Assembly: GCF_041956535.1 (NCBI RefSeq)
Contig: NW_027192206.1
Coordinates: 551,504 to 615,503, forward strand
Reading direction: 5' to 3'
Source of the DNA: Calcarisporiella thermophila CBS 279.70
Lineage: Eukaryota; Fungi; Calcarisporiellomycota
DNA: 64,000 nt
The translations under genes and the position numbers were made by a program. This document shows, piece after piece, positions 35,963 to 49,778 of the stretch (the stretch's first letter is position 1; the number at the start of each line of letters is the position of its first letter). The notes under the pieces were generated by a model, which saw only the letters and a list, made by a program, of their open reading frames with translations, made no database searches and was not told the DNA's origin.

Positions 35963-37954
35963 TTACTCGAAGCGCTTGCGGCATATCTCGCTTCCTATCT
36001 CGAAATATTCAGCTCTGGTCACCACTCTTTCTGCGTACTCGGTTGCACGTGTAGCTAGCGCCGCACCGCCTCTCCATGCAAACGTCACAGGGTCAGCGGG
36101 CTTGGCCACGCGAATCGAGAATTCCGAGGGGGCTATTAGCCGCAGGTCCTTCTCCCTTGTGAACAAAAAAGCGGGGTAAGTCCATTGTGCAATACAAGAG
36201 TAAGGTGAGGGGATGCATGGTTTGGTTGAAAGATAAGCATGAAAGAGAAAACAAAAAATCTCGAAAGAATTCATCTGAAACTTGTACATGTTTGTATACA
36301 TTTCAGAAGACGGACTTACACTCTCTCCTTGTACCCCGGAAAAACCGCATTTCCTCCAATAAGCACGATATTTCCGTAAAATAAGCCGTGCAGTTCTTTA
36401 CAGCAAACAAACAGAAAAATTTAAGCCATTTTGGTGATGTAATGAGCTCTTCATTCAGGCGAAGTTGAGCAAACGTCCACTCACCTGTCGGGGTCGCAGA
36501 GACCGCTTGTACAATGGCCTCCGCAACACCAGCTTGGTTCATTCCTATGTCGGAGGGGTGGAACAATATTTCGGGGACGGTGAAGCGCTCGTTATTCATC
36601 AACAGGACTTGCTCGTCCTCATTGGGCGGGGAATCCTTTGTCTATCGGATAAATAGAAACAAATACAAACATTTCGAGAAGGTTAAGAGTTTTTCTTGGT
36701 ATTATATTCCCAAGAAACAGATGCCTCTCACCTTGATAAACCCCTTTTTATTTCGCGAGAAATCGGGCAGCACGTATTCCTGAAGTATTGGATTGTGACG
36801 AGGGTTTTTCCTTGGATTGAGGTCAAAGAGAGGTTGCACAACCCCCGTGAGTTACTAGCACCCAACAGCGCAAACAAATGTGAACTTACTGGCAGATGTC
36901 CAAGTCGCCTAACAAGTCCTGGCTCACGTAGCAGCAAGTTTCCTTCACCTCGTTCATAAGATACGTCTCGTCCATCATATTCCAGTGGCGAAAAGAAACC
37001 ATCTCTTTCAAATGATTAGTGAGCAGTTTTCCCCCCACGTTTATCCTATAGATGCTCAACGACTTCAGAATGTGGATCATGAGTAGGGGATTTTGCATAT
37101 GTTACCTCCTTATGGCACGAAGCTGAGGCCGCCGTTTAACGAACGGGATTATATGTGTGAACGAATAGCCAGAGTCGATGACGAGCACACAATCTGGCAC
37201 TGTGTCCCCATCTCCAAATAATGCACCAATATCGTTGTAAAGACACATAGAGGGACCTAAGAAGTGGCGGAAAAAAATTAAAGAAAAGCGTGGGTGTTGG
37301 CGCAGAGTAAGCATCGAAATGTCAGTGTACCTGTCATGCGACAATATGACGCGAATTCGTATTCTTCAAATACAAACTGGTCGTAGGATTGCTGGATATT
37401 GGGGAGGTTAAAACAAGGCTCACTCAGCAGCAGACTGCACTCATCAGGATCCACCTGTTTGTTGAAAAGCGAATTCTATTTATTAAGAAAAATGTTCGCG
37501 GAAATGCAAAAATTGTTCAACGACATACCTTGAGAACCTCTTTTGAAAATACATGATCCCAGATTGTCTTCTCTACCTCCCAGTTCGTTAGATATCCCTT
37601 TTAATTCCAACCGTATTGCATTAGAAATATCATTATCCATTACTCTTTGCTAATGTGCGCGCTTCATACCTTTTCAAATGGTAACCGATAGTACAATCCG
37701 GAAAAGTCTCGACACAATTCCAACTGTTCACCAATAAATACGCGTCGATCTCCTTTTCCCTTGGTTATACTGTTTGGAATAATTCTGCAAGGTAGAAAAC
37801 AATAGAACGAGTGGATCCAACAAACATGAGAATGAATGAGGATGGATAGGCACCTTAAATCTTCTGAATCAGCATATCCGCACTTGATGGTGTAAGCGCC
37901 ATTGTCCAGCACTACGGTCCTGGAGGGTGATGGTGCGGGTGGCATATCCCGCAT
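35963..37954 (-). CDS. ARP6: Actin-related protein 6 (SWR1 complex)
   Basis: [85 protein letters not shown]; multi-exon. Confidence 0.92.
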
Positions 37955-38351
37955 GGCCCTTTGCAGAGTGATTGTTTGAAAGAGAAGACTTGAGCAAGCT
38001 GTGGCCAGCAATGTGAGGAGGACTGCAAGTCACAGAGGTGCGCAGCATCGTCGCTAATTTAAGTTTTGTGTAACATGTCGAAACTAGTTTTCAGTCGCGT
38101 TTTTATTATTCCCAAGTCAAGGCCATGAAATAAAAAAATCTCTTGTTCCCTCCATCTTCTCCATTCGCCGGCCTTAAGCCCAATTCCAGCAGAGAGCATC
38201 TTAAGCAATCTGGCTGTTTTTCGTAAAGGGGCACCTTTTCTTTACCACGTTCATTTGCATCCGACTTGCTACTTCATTTTTCGCCAGCTAACTTTTTTCA
38301 TATATCCATATATCTCCATAATATAATATACACAGCAGAGTTAGAGCGGAA

Positions 38352-39602
38352 ATGGCGATCGACATGATAAATCTTGCGGACCGTATTGCCGCTGCGCGCC
38401 AGGAGGCAGAGTTTCTCAAAGAGAAAATTCGGACCAAAAAAGATGCACTCGCCGACAGCACGCTGAGGGCCCAGGCTGCCAACATCGCGCCTCTGTCTCG
38501 GCTATCGATGCGCACCCGCCGCATGCTCAAAGGTCACCTGGCCAAAATCTACGCTATGCACTGGTCGACCGATCGCCGCCACCTAGTGTCGGCCTCTCAG
38601 GACGGAAAATTGATAGTTTGGGATGCATACACCACCAACAAGGTGAATGCCATCCCGCTTCGGTCCAGCTGGGTGATGACCTGTGCCTATGCTCCCTCTG
38701 GGAATCTGGTTGCCTGCGGGGGGTTGGATAACATTTGCTCCATCTACAACTTGCGGGGGAAAGACACATCCAGGCCGGTGAGAGAGCTGAGTGCCCATTC
38801 GGGCTATTTGAGCTGCTGTCGCTTCATGGACGACAGGCAAATGGTGACCAGCAGTGGAGACATGACCTGTATGTTGTGGGATATCGAGACGGGCGTGAAA
38901 ACGGAGGAGTTTACCGACCATACGGGCGATGTGATGAGGTAATTAGAGTCGCCCCAGCTCTGTGACCCCTATACTCTTGCCCTCGCTTCACCGGATGTTC
39001 CTGTGCACAGGGGGACTCCGTCGAAGCAAGCCACGTCTGAAAGTTGGGAGTCTAATGGTCTTATTATGGCATAGCATTTCCCTTTCTCCCACCAACCCAA
39101 ACACCTTCATCTCCGGCTCATGCGACACCACTGCTAAGCTCTGGGACCTCCGCACCGCGCGCTGCGTTCAGACGTTCAGCGGCCACGAATCCGACATTAA
39201 CGCGGTTCAATTCTTCCCTAACGGGGACGCCTTCGGCACCGGCAGCGATGACGCATCGTGTCGTTTATTCGACCTCCGCGCAGATCGCGAACTCAACCAA
39301 TACGCAAGCGAGGGCATCTTGTGCGGCATCACCAGCTGTGCCTTCAGCTTGAGTGGACGGCTGCTTTTCGCTGGCTACGACAACTTCGATTGTAATGTGT
39401 GGGACACGCTGCGTGGAGACAGAGTCGGCGTGTTACAGGGACACGAAAACCGCGTGAGTTGTTTGGGGGTGGCTGCCGACGGAATGGCTCTCTGCACGGG
39501 CAGTTGGGATAGTACCTTAAGGGTAAGCCGCTCAGCTCAGGCAGCTTTTGCCACTACCCAAGTGTATTCTGATCTATTTTCTTATATTAGGTATGGGCGT
39601 AA
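38352..39602 (+). CDS. GPB1: Heterotrimeric G-protein beta subunit
   Basis: [69 protein letters not shown]|VWA*. Introns at about 38939-39073 and 39523-39590. Confidence 0.96.
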
Positions 39603-39810
39603 ACCGAGTCGCCCTTCAGACCTCCGTTTTTTTATTAATCCCCCATGTTTCTTGACGAATTGTTTTGTTGCATTGAATACTATAATCATCATTCTATTTT
39701 GCTAGTATATTAAGCAAGCGGATCTAAAAAAACACTTTTGTCCAAATGAATTAGAAAAGCACTAGAATAGAGGAGTCAAGTAAAATGTAGCGCATCTGTC
39801 AAAATAATGG

Positions 39811-40741
39811 CTAGCATACGTCCACACTCACTCCACCATATCCGAGTAACCCGCCCCCTTCTTCTGGCTCTTCCCATTCTGCCACCTCGTCTGCTCGTTC
39901 TGGAGCCAGGGAGATCAGAGCCACGGCGTAGGCTCTACCCGAATCGGTGCATCCCGCTCCCAAATGGACCGTGACATTCACCTTGACATAGTCATTTCCA
40001 TCCCCCTTTTGTATAGACAATTGGGCGCGGAGGTAAGGAGTATTGGATTCGGGCACGGTAAGCACCGAAGGGGGAAGATTGAAGAGCGCTGACCGCGAAT
40101 CCAGTAGGGGATCATTAACACAATGAGCAAGTAGCCCCTGGCGAAGCTGATTGAGCGTGGTGTGGTCGGAGGGAAGCACCAGATCATATAGAGAGGTGTG
40201 AAGTAGGTCAAGGGGGGGGTGTCGGAGAAGAGACATGGATTCATCGGAAGCCCGGGCTATGCGCAAATCAAGCGAGAGAAACATGGTCACCATAGGTTGC
40301 TGAGAAGAGATAGAAGAGGGAGGAACGCGGATTAGCTGAGAGGCATGAAGGCTGGATGGTGAAGAATGCAATTGTGAGTGAGTTGGTGTGTGGTGAGGAT
40401 GGTACGCATTGAATGGAGCTCGTGTCTGTGAATAGGGCCGAGGGGGGGGAGAGGGCGAGAGCCGAGGACTCCCTTTTCGCGGCCTTCCCCGCTTTTTCGG
40501 CTCCACTTCCACGCAGTCTTCACCCCGAATGATACATCGTTTACAAGGCCTTGTACCTAACACAAATCAGAGCTAAGTTTTCATTCACGATGGATGCACT
40601 TCATGAATTAAGTAAGAGTGTACCATCGCAAGCAAGGTGTGCCTGCCTACAGCTCATACACGCGCTATTCGGTTGTCGAACTACTTTAGAGTACGGCATA
40701 TTTCGCAAAAAATCGTCATGCAAGAGTTTCTGCGATTTCAT
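39811..40741 (-). CDS. Zn2Cys6 transcription factor with AT-hook and PAS-like domain
   Basis: ACMSCRQAHLACDG|TRPCKRCIIRGEDC, KKRGRPRK, then MFLSLDLRIARASD..SLYDLVLPSD (PAS-like). Confidence 0.85.
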
Positions 40742-41016
40742 AACTTGCGTTTTCTTGCTATAAAAAAAGGGGGCACAAAGTGTGGAGAGTATGAATGAAA
40801 ATCGAAAAATGTATTGGGCATTCCTTCCCCTGGCGCAGTGATTTACTCCCCACTCTTCCGCTTTAACTTGAGCGGACGCCTGCATTTAGGAAAATCGCAC
40901 CAAACTCACAAGGTTCCCATAGGGACAAGCGATTGAGAGCATATATATATTATACAGGAAAAATAAAGGACAGAAACAAAAGAGAGCAATGATCCTTAAT
41001 GAAACCAATGATTATT

Positions 41017-41900
41017 CTACTCAGAAATATCCCCAAGGGCATCATCCTCTTCGCTTAAGCCGGCTGCATCATCATCACTTAGTAACCCCATATCCTCCTG
41101 TTCTTTCTTTTTCTTTCTGGCTTCTTCTTCATCCTCCTCCTCCAAACCCTCCTCCTCCTCCTCCAATTCATACTCTCCCTCATCTTCTTCTGCCTCCTCC
41201 CCTTCAATGGCATCCGCGCTACTTCCGCGAGCCGAAGAGGGGAGATCTACGGCCGTTGATTTCATGGCCTTGGACACCGAGGTTGTAGAAGTTGGCTTTC
41301 GCTTTTTCGGCTTAGCAGCCTCTTCTCCCACGTCCACTTCCCCTTCCGCCGTGGATTTCTCTCCTTTTTTGCGCTGTCTCTTTTCCTTTTGCAGGGCCTG
41401 GAAAGCTAGAAATATGAAAAGCGATCACCATTAAAAGCAAAATTATTAAAAAAAAGCGGTGATGATGCAATAGCAAATAGAGCATGCTAACCAGAATGTG
41501 CTTCCTTTATTCTTTCTTCGAAATAGTCATTCAGCTCTAGTACCTCTAGTGCTTTCAATACATCCTGCCCGCTGATAGTTTTGTGGTTGGCTTGACGTGT
41601 AATGTCATTAGCGCTATATTAGCTAAAGGATAAACGTACTGCACCGGCAGTTATTTGACATCTTATACGAGAAAACTTACGTTGCAGCCAAATAGTTAAT
41701 AAAGACGGGAGCAGCCTTGGAGATCGCAATCCGTGCCTCTTTTTGAATTGCTTTTCCTTCGGGCAACTTGAAAATAGATCAAAAAGATCAGCCGCTATAC
41801 TTTTGAGTTAATACCAGTTAATTAGACTCACAGCATTCTTTATAATACGTTGTATGATGGTCCGTGGGAGTTCAATGTCTTCTATTGATGTGGAGGCCAT
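41017..41900 (-). CDS. DPB4: DNA polymerase epsilon / CHRAC histone-fold subunit (Dpb4/POLE3)
   Basis: SIEDIELPRTIIQRIIKNA|LPEG..IQKEARIAISKAAPVFINYL..|ANDIT..HKTISGQDVLKALE, with an acidic tail; 4 exons. Confidence 0.87.
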
Positions 41901-41953
41901 CGCTTTTAAAATTATATATAATCATAAATAAAAAGGCTTTAGGTAATTATTAA

Positions 41954-41959
41954 ACGCGT
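41954..41959. promoter_or_regulatory. MCB-like element ACGCGT upstream of DPB4
   Basis: ACGCGT 54 bp upstream of the ATG in an AT-rich promoter. Confidence 0.5.
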
Positions 41960-42211
41960 TAATTACTAGGCTTTTTGGCTAGGTTAGGTTATTACCCCTC
42001 CATAATACAAAAATAGCTAAACTTAATATCAGATATTAATAAAATTCAGCATTCACTGCTAATAAAAAACAAATATGACCATAGCAGTGAGTTGCTAAAG
42101 TATCATCGAGCATCAGATTTATTAGTTGTGATTATAACAACTAGCATTTCATTACTTAATGCAATGTGTACATTTAAATTTTGGACAACAATTATAAATT
42201 AACTCAAGCTT

Positions 42212-43107
42212 TTATTTGAGATAGACCCCTACACGCTCATACCAATCGGTCAAGGTGGAGTTATTTTCATCTTCACCTGCAAACAGAACCTCTTTCACTT
42301 CGTCGTGAAGCATTCGATGGAAACACACAAAGGTGGCAGCAATAGCAAAATCAGCGTATCCAACTAGGATAAAAGTTGCATTAGCAAAACAATAATATAC
42401 GACATGCCCTCTCTGACTACTCACTACTCTCTCCACAGAAAAACTTGCCCGTTTCCTTCAAGTGATCTCGCAAAATCCCCAGAGCTTTCTCGGCCTCGGG
42501 GATCCACTCGCTTCTCCTGGCCGCTAGCGCATCTAAACTGCCAAATTTTGCCTCGCGACTCTCCACAAAATATCTTGCATTTGCTTCATCCAGCGAATCC
42601 CTCAAGTTTGTGCAATACAGTCGGAAAAGTGAGGCATGGAGGGTGGAGAAACTAAATTTCTCGACCAAGCGATGCACCGCTTTACCCCCTTGGAAAACGG
42701 AAGGTTCGGGATACTTGTTCTCGAGATACTCCGTAATAGCCCAACTATCTTGAATCACAGTATCCCCGTCGACGAGGACCGGAACTGTAGGTCGACCGTC
42801 AGTCTTACTGTTATAGAAAAGGGAGTGGGACATGAAATTATTCTCTGTAATGAATAGAATCAATGTCGCGACAGCTTACCATACTTTAGGAAGGATTTCG
42901 TGCAACTCAAGAAAGGTCAACAGGATCGTTTCAAACTTCAATCCCTATACAAAAGTAATGGTTTAGCTCCTCCTTATTCCGGCTATGGGATTCCACAAGT
43001 AAGCCTACCTTGAAGTTGAGAATAGCCTCTACCTTGACGCAATGAGGGGATATGGCAGTGGTTGGATCGCCTTTCTTTGTAACCAGATGATAGAGCTTAA
43101 TAGTCAT
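42212..43107 (-). CDS. Glutathione S-transferase-like protein, copy 1
   Basis: MTIKLYHLV..ISPHCVKVEAILNFK..TVPVLVDGDTVIQDSWAITEYLENKYPEP..GYADF; 4 exons. Confidence 0.85.
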
Positions 43108-43682
43108 GACAATTGGCCAAGTTAACAATTGCGTATACAAGCCAAGTCAGGGACTAGGGTAAAATATCTAGCTTATATAAATGGAGCTTTATACGAGATC
43201 GTGGGATCAGCTTAAAGCCTGCTGACTCATTTGCAGATAACATGTTACACAAAGGGTTACGTGGGATAGTTCTTGGCTTAATGAGCTCTCGGATATTTGA
43301 CACAGAAAGTCCGGGATGAGGATTTAACCGGCTAATACTAATAATAGGCTTATTCGATCCTCACATATTCCTGCTCTGGTCGCTTAATTATATCTAGGTT
43401 TTTGGGCTGAAGTAGATTCTTTACCGACAACCCTCTACAGGGTGCAGCTAAGGGGCACTCCTCTAGCTAAAAAGTCGCGACTGATGACTAAACTTAGCCA
43501 CGTTTAATGAGCCTTTACTCAGCAATTAAGGCGGAGAGGAAACTCATTCGATGATTTGATTTGCTCTAGTTATTGAACATGGGGCAATAAAATAGAACCG
43601 AGTTGAACAAGAATCAGATATTCCCTCACAAAATTCATTCTAAACAAAATGTTTATTATTATGGCGTGCTAACACAATCCAA

Positions 43683-44565
43683 TTAAAAGTACACCCTCAT
43701 GTTCTCAAACCAGTCTTTAATTATGGTATCGTCCTTATCTTCGCCAGCAAAGATTACCTCGTCGACGTACTCGGGGGCGTATCTTTGGTAACCAGTCAAA
43801 GAGCCAGCAATAACGAAATCCGCATACCCCACTAGTCGAGGAGGGGGGTTAGTGGAGAGTACCTCAGAAGAATAAAGACGCTATTCAAACCTTTTTCTCC
43901 GCAAATAAACTTTCCAGATACTTTCAAGTGCTCTCGAATGGCTTTAACCGCTTTCTTTGACTCAACCACCCACTCGTCTCGTCTCAGCCCCAGCGCATCC
44001 AAGTCACCGAATATCTTGGTGCGGGCTTCGACAAAATACTGTCTATTTTCTTCGTCCAGCACATCACGAAGCTTAGTGATATTCAATTTGAAAAACGGAC
44101 CCGACAGCGCGATATAATAGAAGCTTTCGGCAATATAATGCACTGCTCTTCCTCCCTGGAAAATAGAAGGCTCGGGATACTTGCGTTCGAGGTATTCCGC
44201 AATAACCCGACTATCTTGAAGGACAGTGTCCCCGTCCACGAGAACAGGCACTAGCGCTTTCTCGGTTTTACTAAATTGAGCTTATGAGACCTTCCATGCC
44301 AATACAAAAAACTTAATTGAATTTAATAGACCTACATTATTTCAGGAATTTGTTTGCGAATTTCGAGGAAAGTCAGTGGAATGGATTCAAACTTCAATCC
44401 CTACTCGAAAGAACAGGTTAGTTCATTTTCTCGGCAAGCTTGCAAAGCCCATGGGGAGAAGCCCACCTTGAAGTTAAGAATGGCCTCAATTTTGAGACAA
44501 TAAGGGGACATAGCGGTCGAGATGTCCCCTCTCTTTGTAACCAGGTGATAAAGCTTGATGGTCAT
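43683..44565 (-). CDS. Glutathione S-transferase-like protein, copy 2 (tandem paralogue)
   Basis: MTIKLYHLV..MSPYCLKIEAILNFK..VPVLVDGDTVLQDSRVIAEYLERKYPEP..GYADF; same intron positions as copy 1. Confidence 0.85.
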
Positions 44566-45566
44566 GCTGATGGCGTGTGCTGGTGGAGATAGTGGTGGAT
44601 GTGCTGATCAATGCGCTTTTCGATTTTTGATGTTCTCTGATGGAAGTATTCTTCAATTGATTTTATAGTAAAGGCTTGACCATGGTTCAAAGTGAGTAAT
44701 ATGGTTGATGACTAATGGGATCGTGGCTCTCCCTAAAATTAGCTCGTTACACGAGTTAGATACGGGAAATGATCCGTCAACTATTGGAGAGAGAAATTCT
44801 AGAAGTGGACATTAAAAGACCTCGGAGTGCATTTCTTTTTAGCATGGATGCGGGTGGCTTTCACTATCAATTGCAATTCTAAAACAATGGTACCGAACAA
44901 GGGTGTTGGGTCACTACTATTCACTAAATGTCTTTTCGAACATTCGTCTTCTTCTCTTTTCATTTTTTTCTTCAAACTCTTCATGGTCTGTGTTAAGCAG
45001 AATTAATGTAGCTTAATAACATACCAACTCCATTTATTAATAGAGATAATTATCGCCCTCGTGGTGGTGGCGTAGGTGAGATTGTCAGTGCCAAATATCA
45101 ATATTCCTTTAACAAGGAAAAATAAATAGTGAAATCTTCTAGAAGCGATCGGTCTGCCTCGATACATTTACATTCCTTCAACAAAATTAATAAAAAAATA
45201 ACTGATATAAGAAGAAGTCAAAAATAAAAACCATGAAAAGCAAAGGCCCTAAGAATATATGATCGCTTCCTTCCTCGATTGTCTCTACTGTAACTCTAAA
45301 TTGATTATCATCTAGAGATATGCAATTTGGAGTAAAAAATCTTTCAAAACAAGAAAGCTCCATTCCTTTTAATAATTCACTTTTCCTCATTATCTTCATA
45401 TAAGTAATTTTTTGCAAGCACCATATAAAAAATAAGATTATGTAGATATCATATAACATTATAACAAGGAAATAACGACAAGTTCTTGAATCTTTCATCG
45501 AAATATAAGAGAAACAAAGTCAAAGGTTGGTATATTAGACCCATCAGCATTTGCAGTAGTATGATA

Positions 45567-46772
45567 TTAAGGAGACCGCCAAACCAAAGCATCTGCTGCG
45601 ACACACATTAATCTTTGTACTGGACCTGGGGAACCAACGGTTGGGCGCTTGATTTTCAGCATTCCTAAAGTTATCACAAAGCTAGCTACTCCTAGACAAG
45701 CTGTAACGGGTGATGGATCGGAAATAAAATTCAGCCCATGAAGCACACGCACGGCTCCTGCTAAAGCATTGACGGCCTCCAACAGCGCTGCAACTGCCCA
45801 GAAACCAGCCATCCGCGATGTATGCCGCACTTCATGTTTACTGCTAACCAGGTGCCCTATTAAGCCTTGAACGATCACTCCAAAAAAATCGCTTAAACGT
45901 TCGACCCACCAAGCATCACTTAATATCGATGTGACCAACGACAGAAAGAAGGCAGCTATTGCAATAATCTGGAACCCTCGGTTGGCGGCAACTGTAATTT
46001 TCCGTCCAGCCCACTCCTTTCCACGCATTACTGCGGCAACATTGGCACATGCAATAGTCCAATCCTGATTTCCAATATTGGCCGGGCATACGAAGATCTG
46101 ATAAGGTCCCTGCATCAATGGATCCAATCCGAGATTTATAAATTCTGAGGGAGGCCACACTATATCAAGCAACTTAATAGCTCTTAAACTGGATGCATCC
46201 ACGACAATAGTTGTAGGTGCTGACACTATTTTGTAAGCGAGCTCTTCTACAAGGCATGCAGCACGGCAAACTCGCCATGCCCGTCGAGCTCGGCAGCCAA
46301 GTGCCATGCTTACAGATATCAACGGTCCTGCTGCTAACTTTGCTGCTTGTCGTTTCGCTGTTTGCTGGTCTACCATTTGCTGATCTGAGAGCAATACATA
46401 GTCCGCGATGAACTGAGAAATTGCTGCGGCTATTGTTGCGGCACTTAAAAACTCTGGTTCTCCAGACAATGCTGCGCTTACTGCTGTGGTAGCCAATACA
46501 CTGGCATCAATGACAGCACCTCGTATTTGCAGCTGTTCACACGATAGCTGGCACTTATTTTCTTCCGCCGATGCAAATTTCGCTGTCAATATGATGAAGA
46601 TAGCGCATTTATACATAATCGTGAATGCCGACATCAAGACGCACCAGCCGCTATTAATGAGATAACCCAACTCAACCCATTGCATCCATGATATACCAAT
46701 GACCTGGTATGGTTCTACTGCGATCCAAAAGAGACTGTTAACCTTAGCTAACGTGCCATGTAAATGTAGCAA
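45567..46772 (-). CDS. Intronless multi-pass membrane protein of unknown function
   Basis: 401-codon open frame in AT-rich surroundings with several hydrophobic helices; start uncertain (first ATG near 46686). Confidence 0.55.
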   Translation of the reverse strand: MLHLHGTLAKVNSLFWIAVEPYQVIGISWMQWVELGYLINSGWCVLMSAFTIMYKCAIFIILTAKFASAEENKCQLSCEQLQIRGAVIDASVLATTAVSAALSGEPEFLSAATIAAAISQFIADYVLLSDQQMVDQQTAKRQAAKLAAGPLISVSMALGCRARRAWRVCRAACLVEELAYKIVSAPTTIVVDASSLRAIKLLDIVWPPSEFINLGLDPLMQGPYQIFVCPANIGNQDWTIACANVAAVMRGKEWAGRKITVAANRGFQIIAIAAFFLSLVTSILSDAWWVERLSDFFGVIVQGLIGHLVSSKHEVRHTSRMAGFWAVAALLEAVNALAGAVRVLHGLNFISDPSPVTACLGVASFVITLGMLKIKRPTVGSPGPVQRLMCVAADALVWRSP

Positions 46773-47762
46773 CAGGTCTCAATAGTTTTTCGGACTTTCA
46801 TAGTTAATATAACTAGGGCAGATGCGATTTGGGTAAAAGCATGAAAATATATAGACAAGAAGTAAAGTATATTCGAATAGTTCTAGGAAAAATGGTTATA
46901 TTCTCGTTGCACATTCTTGGCGTTTATATTTAAATTCAACATCTAAAAATAACGTTAAAATGGTATTAGAATTAAAACTGTACGCAGTAATTGTATTAAT
47001 GCTTGCATATTTCAACTTTTTATCCCTTCCTCGAATAGATGTTTAATAAACAATAGTGCATAGTATTTACAACTTTACTCTTGCTCTATCTGTTGCACTA
47101 CATGAAATCACAGATATGACATTTTTGACAAAAAGTGAACGCCTTAATATATTCCCTCGATTGAATATCTTTCGCACTCGAAAAATTAAATACCTTTTTT
47201 ATCATCATGAAAAAATGAAAGCTATATCAAAATGTTTATTAAAATGATCATTTTGCTTTCTATTGCTCTTCTTTCTGACATTTTATTGCCACACTAAATT
47301 AAGAAACTTCCTGGAGGGGTCACAGCTAGAATAGCCTCCATAAATAAGCTTTATTCACAAGAAAGAACTCGCTTACACTGTATATATACTACGACTTTGT
47401 GAATAAATATCGAAACTTGTATACACTTTAAGCTCCCAAGTCAACTGCGGGTCTCACATTCTTTCAGAGAGACAGGAAACGCTCCTTAGTCGAAACTTGA
47501 AAGCAGATCTGCATGAGAATATTCTTGACTCAAAAGAAAATTCAAGCAGGATTACAATGCCGAGTTGAGCTTAATGAAAGAAAAGCTGGTTTACTGGGGC
47601 GCTGAATTTGAAAAATGTGCATATTAAATATCACAGTTTTTTTGGATAATAAGAATATTTTTGTAAATTGGATGCTCTTTGTACATTTATTTGATATTTT
47701 TCTCTCTTCTCATTTATTAAAACAACTTAACCACGATTTGTGTTTTTTAATCCAAAATTAAA

Positions 47763-48892
47763 ATGAAGCCTCTTTTAATCAAGACCCACACCACCATTAT
47801 TCAGCTCCCAAAAGAGGGGAAATCCTTTTATCAAATCGACGCATTGGACATTTATTTCTCTAGTGTAGCTAAGCTTGTAAGAGAAAAAGTAAAGCGACGC
47901 CCCGATCTTAAAAGGCAACCCGCTGGCCGCCCTCGTATTTTGAGTAAGAGAAAAGAGAGAAATATAGTGACATTGATGACGTCGGATCAGTGCAAAATCT
48001 CAACCGATGAGAGGAAATATTTCAAAGAGGAATACAACGGAGGTTTGGTCGCTGATACCGCGAGGAGAGTAATCCAAAGAGAAGAAGTACTGAATCGAGT
48101 GCGCCCAAATAATCTTCTTCTCTCAGCTGAGCACCGCAGACGTCGCCTGGAGTTCGCGAGAAAACATTTAATTGCTTATGGACTATGGAAGATTGGTGAT
48201 GAGTGATGATTCGAAAGATGCTCCATATTTTCTGCTAGATGTACTTTATCGTATAAAACAAATCCTTTGCCTCGAATCATTCCAAGTAAACGTGCTCGCG
48301 TATCTATCCTACTCGAAGGACTCATCATGCGAAATTGCCACCCGAGAAGGCATTGGAAAAAGTAGTGTAAAGAAACGTAATGAACCACTGCAAGAGCGCC
48401 ATATACAGCCAACAATCAAACACGGTGGTAGGAGTATTATGATGTGGGGTTGCATGACTTCATATGGCATTGGAAGAGCATGTCATATAATAGAAAATAA
48501 TGACACTGAGTTATATTCAAGTATCCTCGGCGAAGAGATGGCAGCTACACTCCAGTTGTATAATCTCAGCAAGCAAGAGATAGTGCATTAACGCGACAAT
48601 GACCCCAAGCATAATGCCAAACTCATTGATAGGTGGTTCGAAAGCAACCAAATCCAAGTTCTCGATTGGCCTTCACAATCACCAGATATCAACCCCATAG
48701 AAAACATATGGTCTGAGATAAAGGGACGGCGTGGAGCAGATTCCCAATGATAACGAGCCAAGGTGATCTATGGGAAAGGTGAATATTATCTGGGAGTCGC
48801 TCACGCAGGAGGATTGTTTGAAGTTGATCCTCACAATGCCATAACGGATCCAAGCCGTTATTAAGGCAAAAAGAGGATATACTAAGTGGTAG
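47763..48892 (+). mobile_element. Degenerate Tc1/mariner (DD34E-type) transposase
   Basis: [66 protein letters not shown]; frameshifts and stops; TIRs not resolved. Confidence 0.88.
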
Positions 48893-49778
48893 TCTGAGAG
48901 CACTTTATACAAATTATTGAGTATTTATTTTAATGCCCCTGTAAAGAAAGAGAATAAATGATTAGCAACAAGCAAAATATCCATATCAGGGTTTAGTAAA
49001 TTTTCCGAAATATTTCACTCGAAGAAAGTTAGTAAAGGGTATTTAGTTGTATATGCAATGGTAACAGCGTAAGTGGTTTTTTCAAATATTTAATTAATTT
49101 TTATACGGGCATTGTTTGTAAAGAAATCGGTAAACTAAATATTTTTTAAGGAACCCCAAAACTTTCCGGAGATACAGTACTTTCAATGTTTAGTAGTGGT
49201 GCCAGAGTCATAAATGTTTATTTGCACATGAGAGCCTGTTTACGAAATCGACCTTCATGTAGGTGAAAGAACACATTATCGCGAAAGAGAATAAAATAAG
49301 AGGATATAGGAACCAACAGTTTTGGGCGTAAATATCAAGCGTTATGAAGTATGTAGAGTAAATCAAAATGCTCTACTTAAGATAACCATTTTCAAGTAAA
49401 CATGAAAGCAAAAAAAAAAAAATCCAAGAACTATCTTTCAGAGAGTGCAAGCAAGGAAGTCGATTAAAGCATAAGAATGTGACCTGGACATGATACTTCG
49501 AGTGAGAAAACCGAACCGCAAAATCGCGAAAAATCAAACGTGAAGAGCCATTTAAAGAGGAAAAATGCTAGCGATACATAATTATATTATTTTTAAATCT
49601 CAATAATCGATTATTCAAACAATCGAACGTGAACAACCCCACTGCTGGCTCGATAGGGTGAATCACTGCCACCAACGTCCTCTACATGCTTAAACAAACT
49701 GAGTTAGATTGTTAATGGCCTTTTAGAGCTACTGTAACACTTAAAAATACCCTTGAAATTTCCATAGCGTGTGCATTT

